Source: Naegleria gruberi
Lineage: Eukaryota
NCBI GenBank assembly: GCA_000004985.1
Contig: GG738847.1
DNA: 64,000 nt
Strand: one strand, 5' to 3'
Shown: one piece after another, positions 63,346 through 64,000 of the stretch
Numbering within the stretch: the stretch's first letter is position 1
Layout: each line of letters begins with the position of its first letter
Program-made: the position numbers and the translations under genes
The notes under the pieces: generated by a model
Seen by the model: the letters and a program-made list of their open reading frames with translations, nothing else
The model's database searches: none
Told to the model about the DNA's origin: nothing

Positions 63346-64000
63346 TTAGTATTTTATTATTGCCATGACCTGAGCTTGATTAGATTGAGGATGGAAGGAT
63401 ATGAAGTTGTCACCCACTGATTTGGCAACACTCTCCACATATAAAAGAGCCTTTTTAGCATATTCAATCACATCTGTAAAAACAAACATTGAGTAAGGTT
63501 TTGCATTGGTAAATAATTCTCTGAAAAAGATTCCATCAGCTTGTTTTGTGAGATGTGATGTTTCATTGCAAACATAACTGAAAAGGAAAATATCATAGTG
63601 TTGAACTCTATCTTTGAGAGCTCTATTCAGAGAATTTTCCAATCCTTTTGTCACGTCACATCTGTTGAAATCCAACCTCAAACTATCTTTGGTGAGCTCC
63701 TGTAAACGAGGAAGATAATTTTTCCAATTCTTTTCCAAATCATACAAATCACATGATATTTCACTTCCCTTCTCGAATATTTTGTTCAACATACTTTCTC
63801 TCAAAACCACAAATGCAGCAGAATCATTTCCAGGTCCACCACCAATCGAAGCAACTCTAAGAAATCTCTTTTTCAAGTCAATTTTCTCTATTGTGAATTC
63901 TCTAGGAATAATAACTGGTTGTTGTTTGTGTGTATTTGTTGAAACTTCCTCGTTTGTGTAATATTCATCATGATATACATCTTCCTCATCAGCAGTCTTA
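63346..64000 (-). CDS. Putative class I SAM-dependent methyltransferase-like protein. It is partial because the gene continues beyond the right edge.
   Basis: The frame is open to the window end. Motif-I-like VASIGGGPGNDSAAFVV and an acidic motif II (CDLYDLE) are present. The assignment is tentative. Confidence 0.35.
   Translation of the reverse strand, partial: KTADEEDVYHDEYYTNEEVSTNTHKQQPVIIPREFTIEKIDLKKRFLRVASIGGGPGNDSAAFVVLRESMLNKIFEKGSEISCDLYDLEKNWKNYLPRLQELTKDSLRLDFNRCDVTKGLENSLNRALKDRVQHYDIFLFSYVCNETSHLTKQADGIFFRELFTNAKPYSMFVFTDVIEYAKKALLYVESVAKSVGDNFISFHPQSNQAQVMAIIKY

Overview
This window is a gene-dense stretch of AT-rich (about two-thirds A+T) eukaryotic nuclear DNA, most consistent with a dictyostelid-like amoebozoan. 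Evidence for that: short GTAAGT/GTATGT...AG introns of 40-150 nt, an A-run immediately before almost every ATG, Thr/Asn/Ser-rich low-complexity linkers in proteins, and TAA-dominated stop codons. There are no prokaryotic operons, CRISPR arrays or transposable elements. I can support about 36 protein-coding genes on both strands, mostly single-exon or with 1-3 small introns. Many are recognisable housekeeping orthologues: Prp8, SF3B4, RPA1, Rad23, calreticulin with HDEL, Aha1, Vps39-like, Vps54, mitochondrial PheRS, bL35m, Dph4, Mog1, CDC123, GNB1L, an XMAP215-family TOG protein, an FG nucleoporin and a Qc-SNARE. The points most worth a second look are: (1) an apparent 1-nt frame disruption inside the otherwise perfectly conserved Prp8 gene; (2) a single in-frame TAA separating a multi-pass membrane protein ORF from a 540-nt low-complexity ORF, which is candidate readthrough or an indel; (3) a secreted protein whose predicted mature N-terminus is a histidine in an LPMO-like H-x3-V-x2-P-x2-R context; (4) a giant secreted EGF-repeat protein built from near-identical 369-bp tandem coding repeats, with a possible fibrinogen-like C-terminal globe; (5) a roughly 150-bp GC-rich intergenic island with a DUSE-like upstream motif, which is a candidate ncRNA; and (6) extremely tight gene spacing, with same-strand tandem pairs 35-76 bp apart, convergent pairs 14-35 bp apart and divergent pairs sharing 125-260 bp. 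All calls rest on reading the translations and splice motifs by eye; no database search was run. Coordinates of splice sites are +/-1-2 nt.
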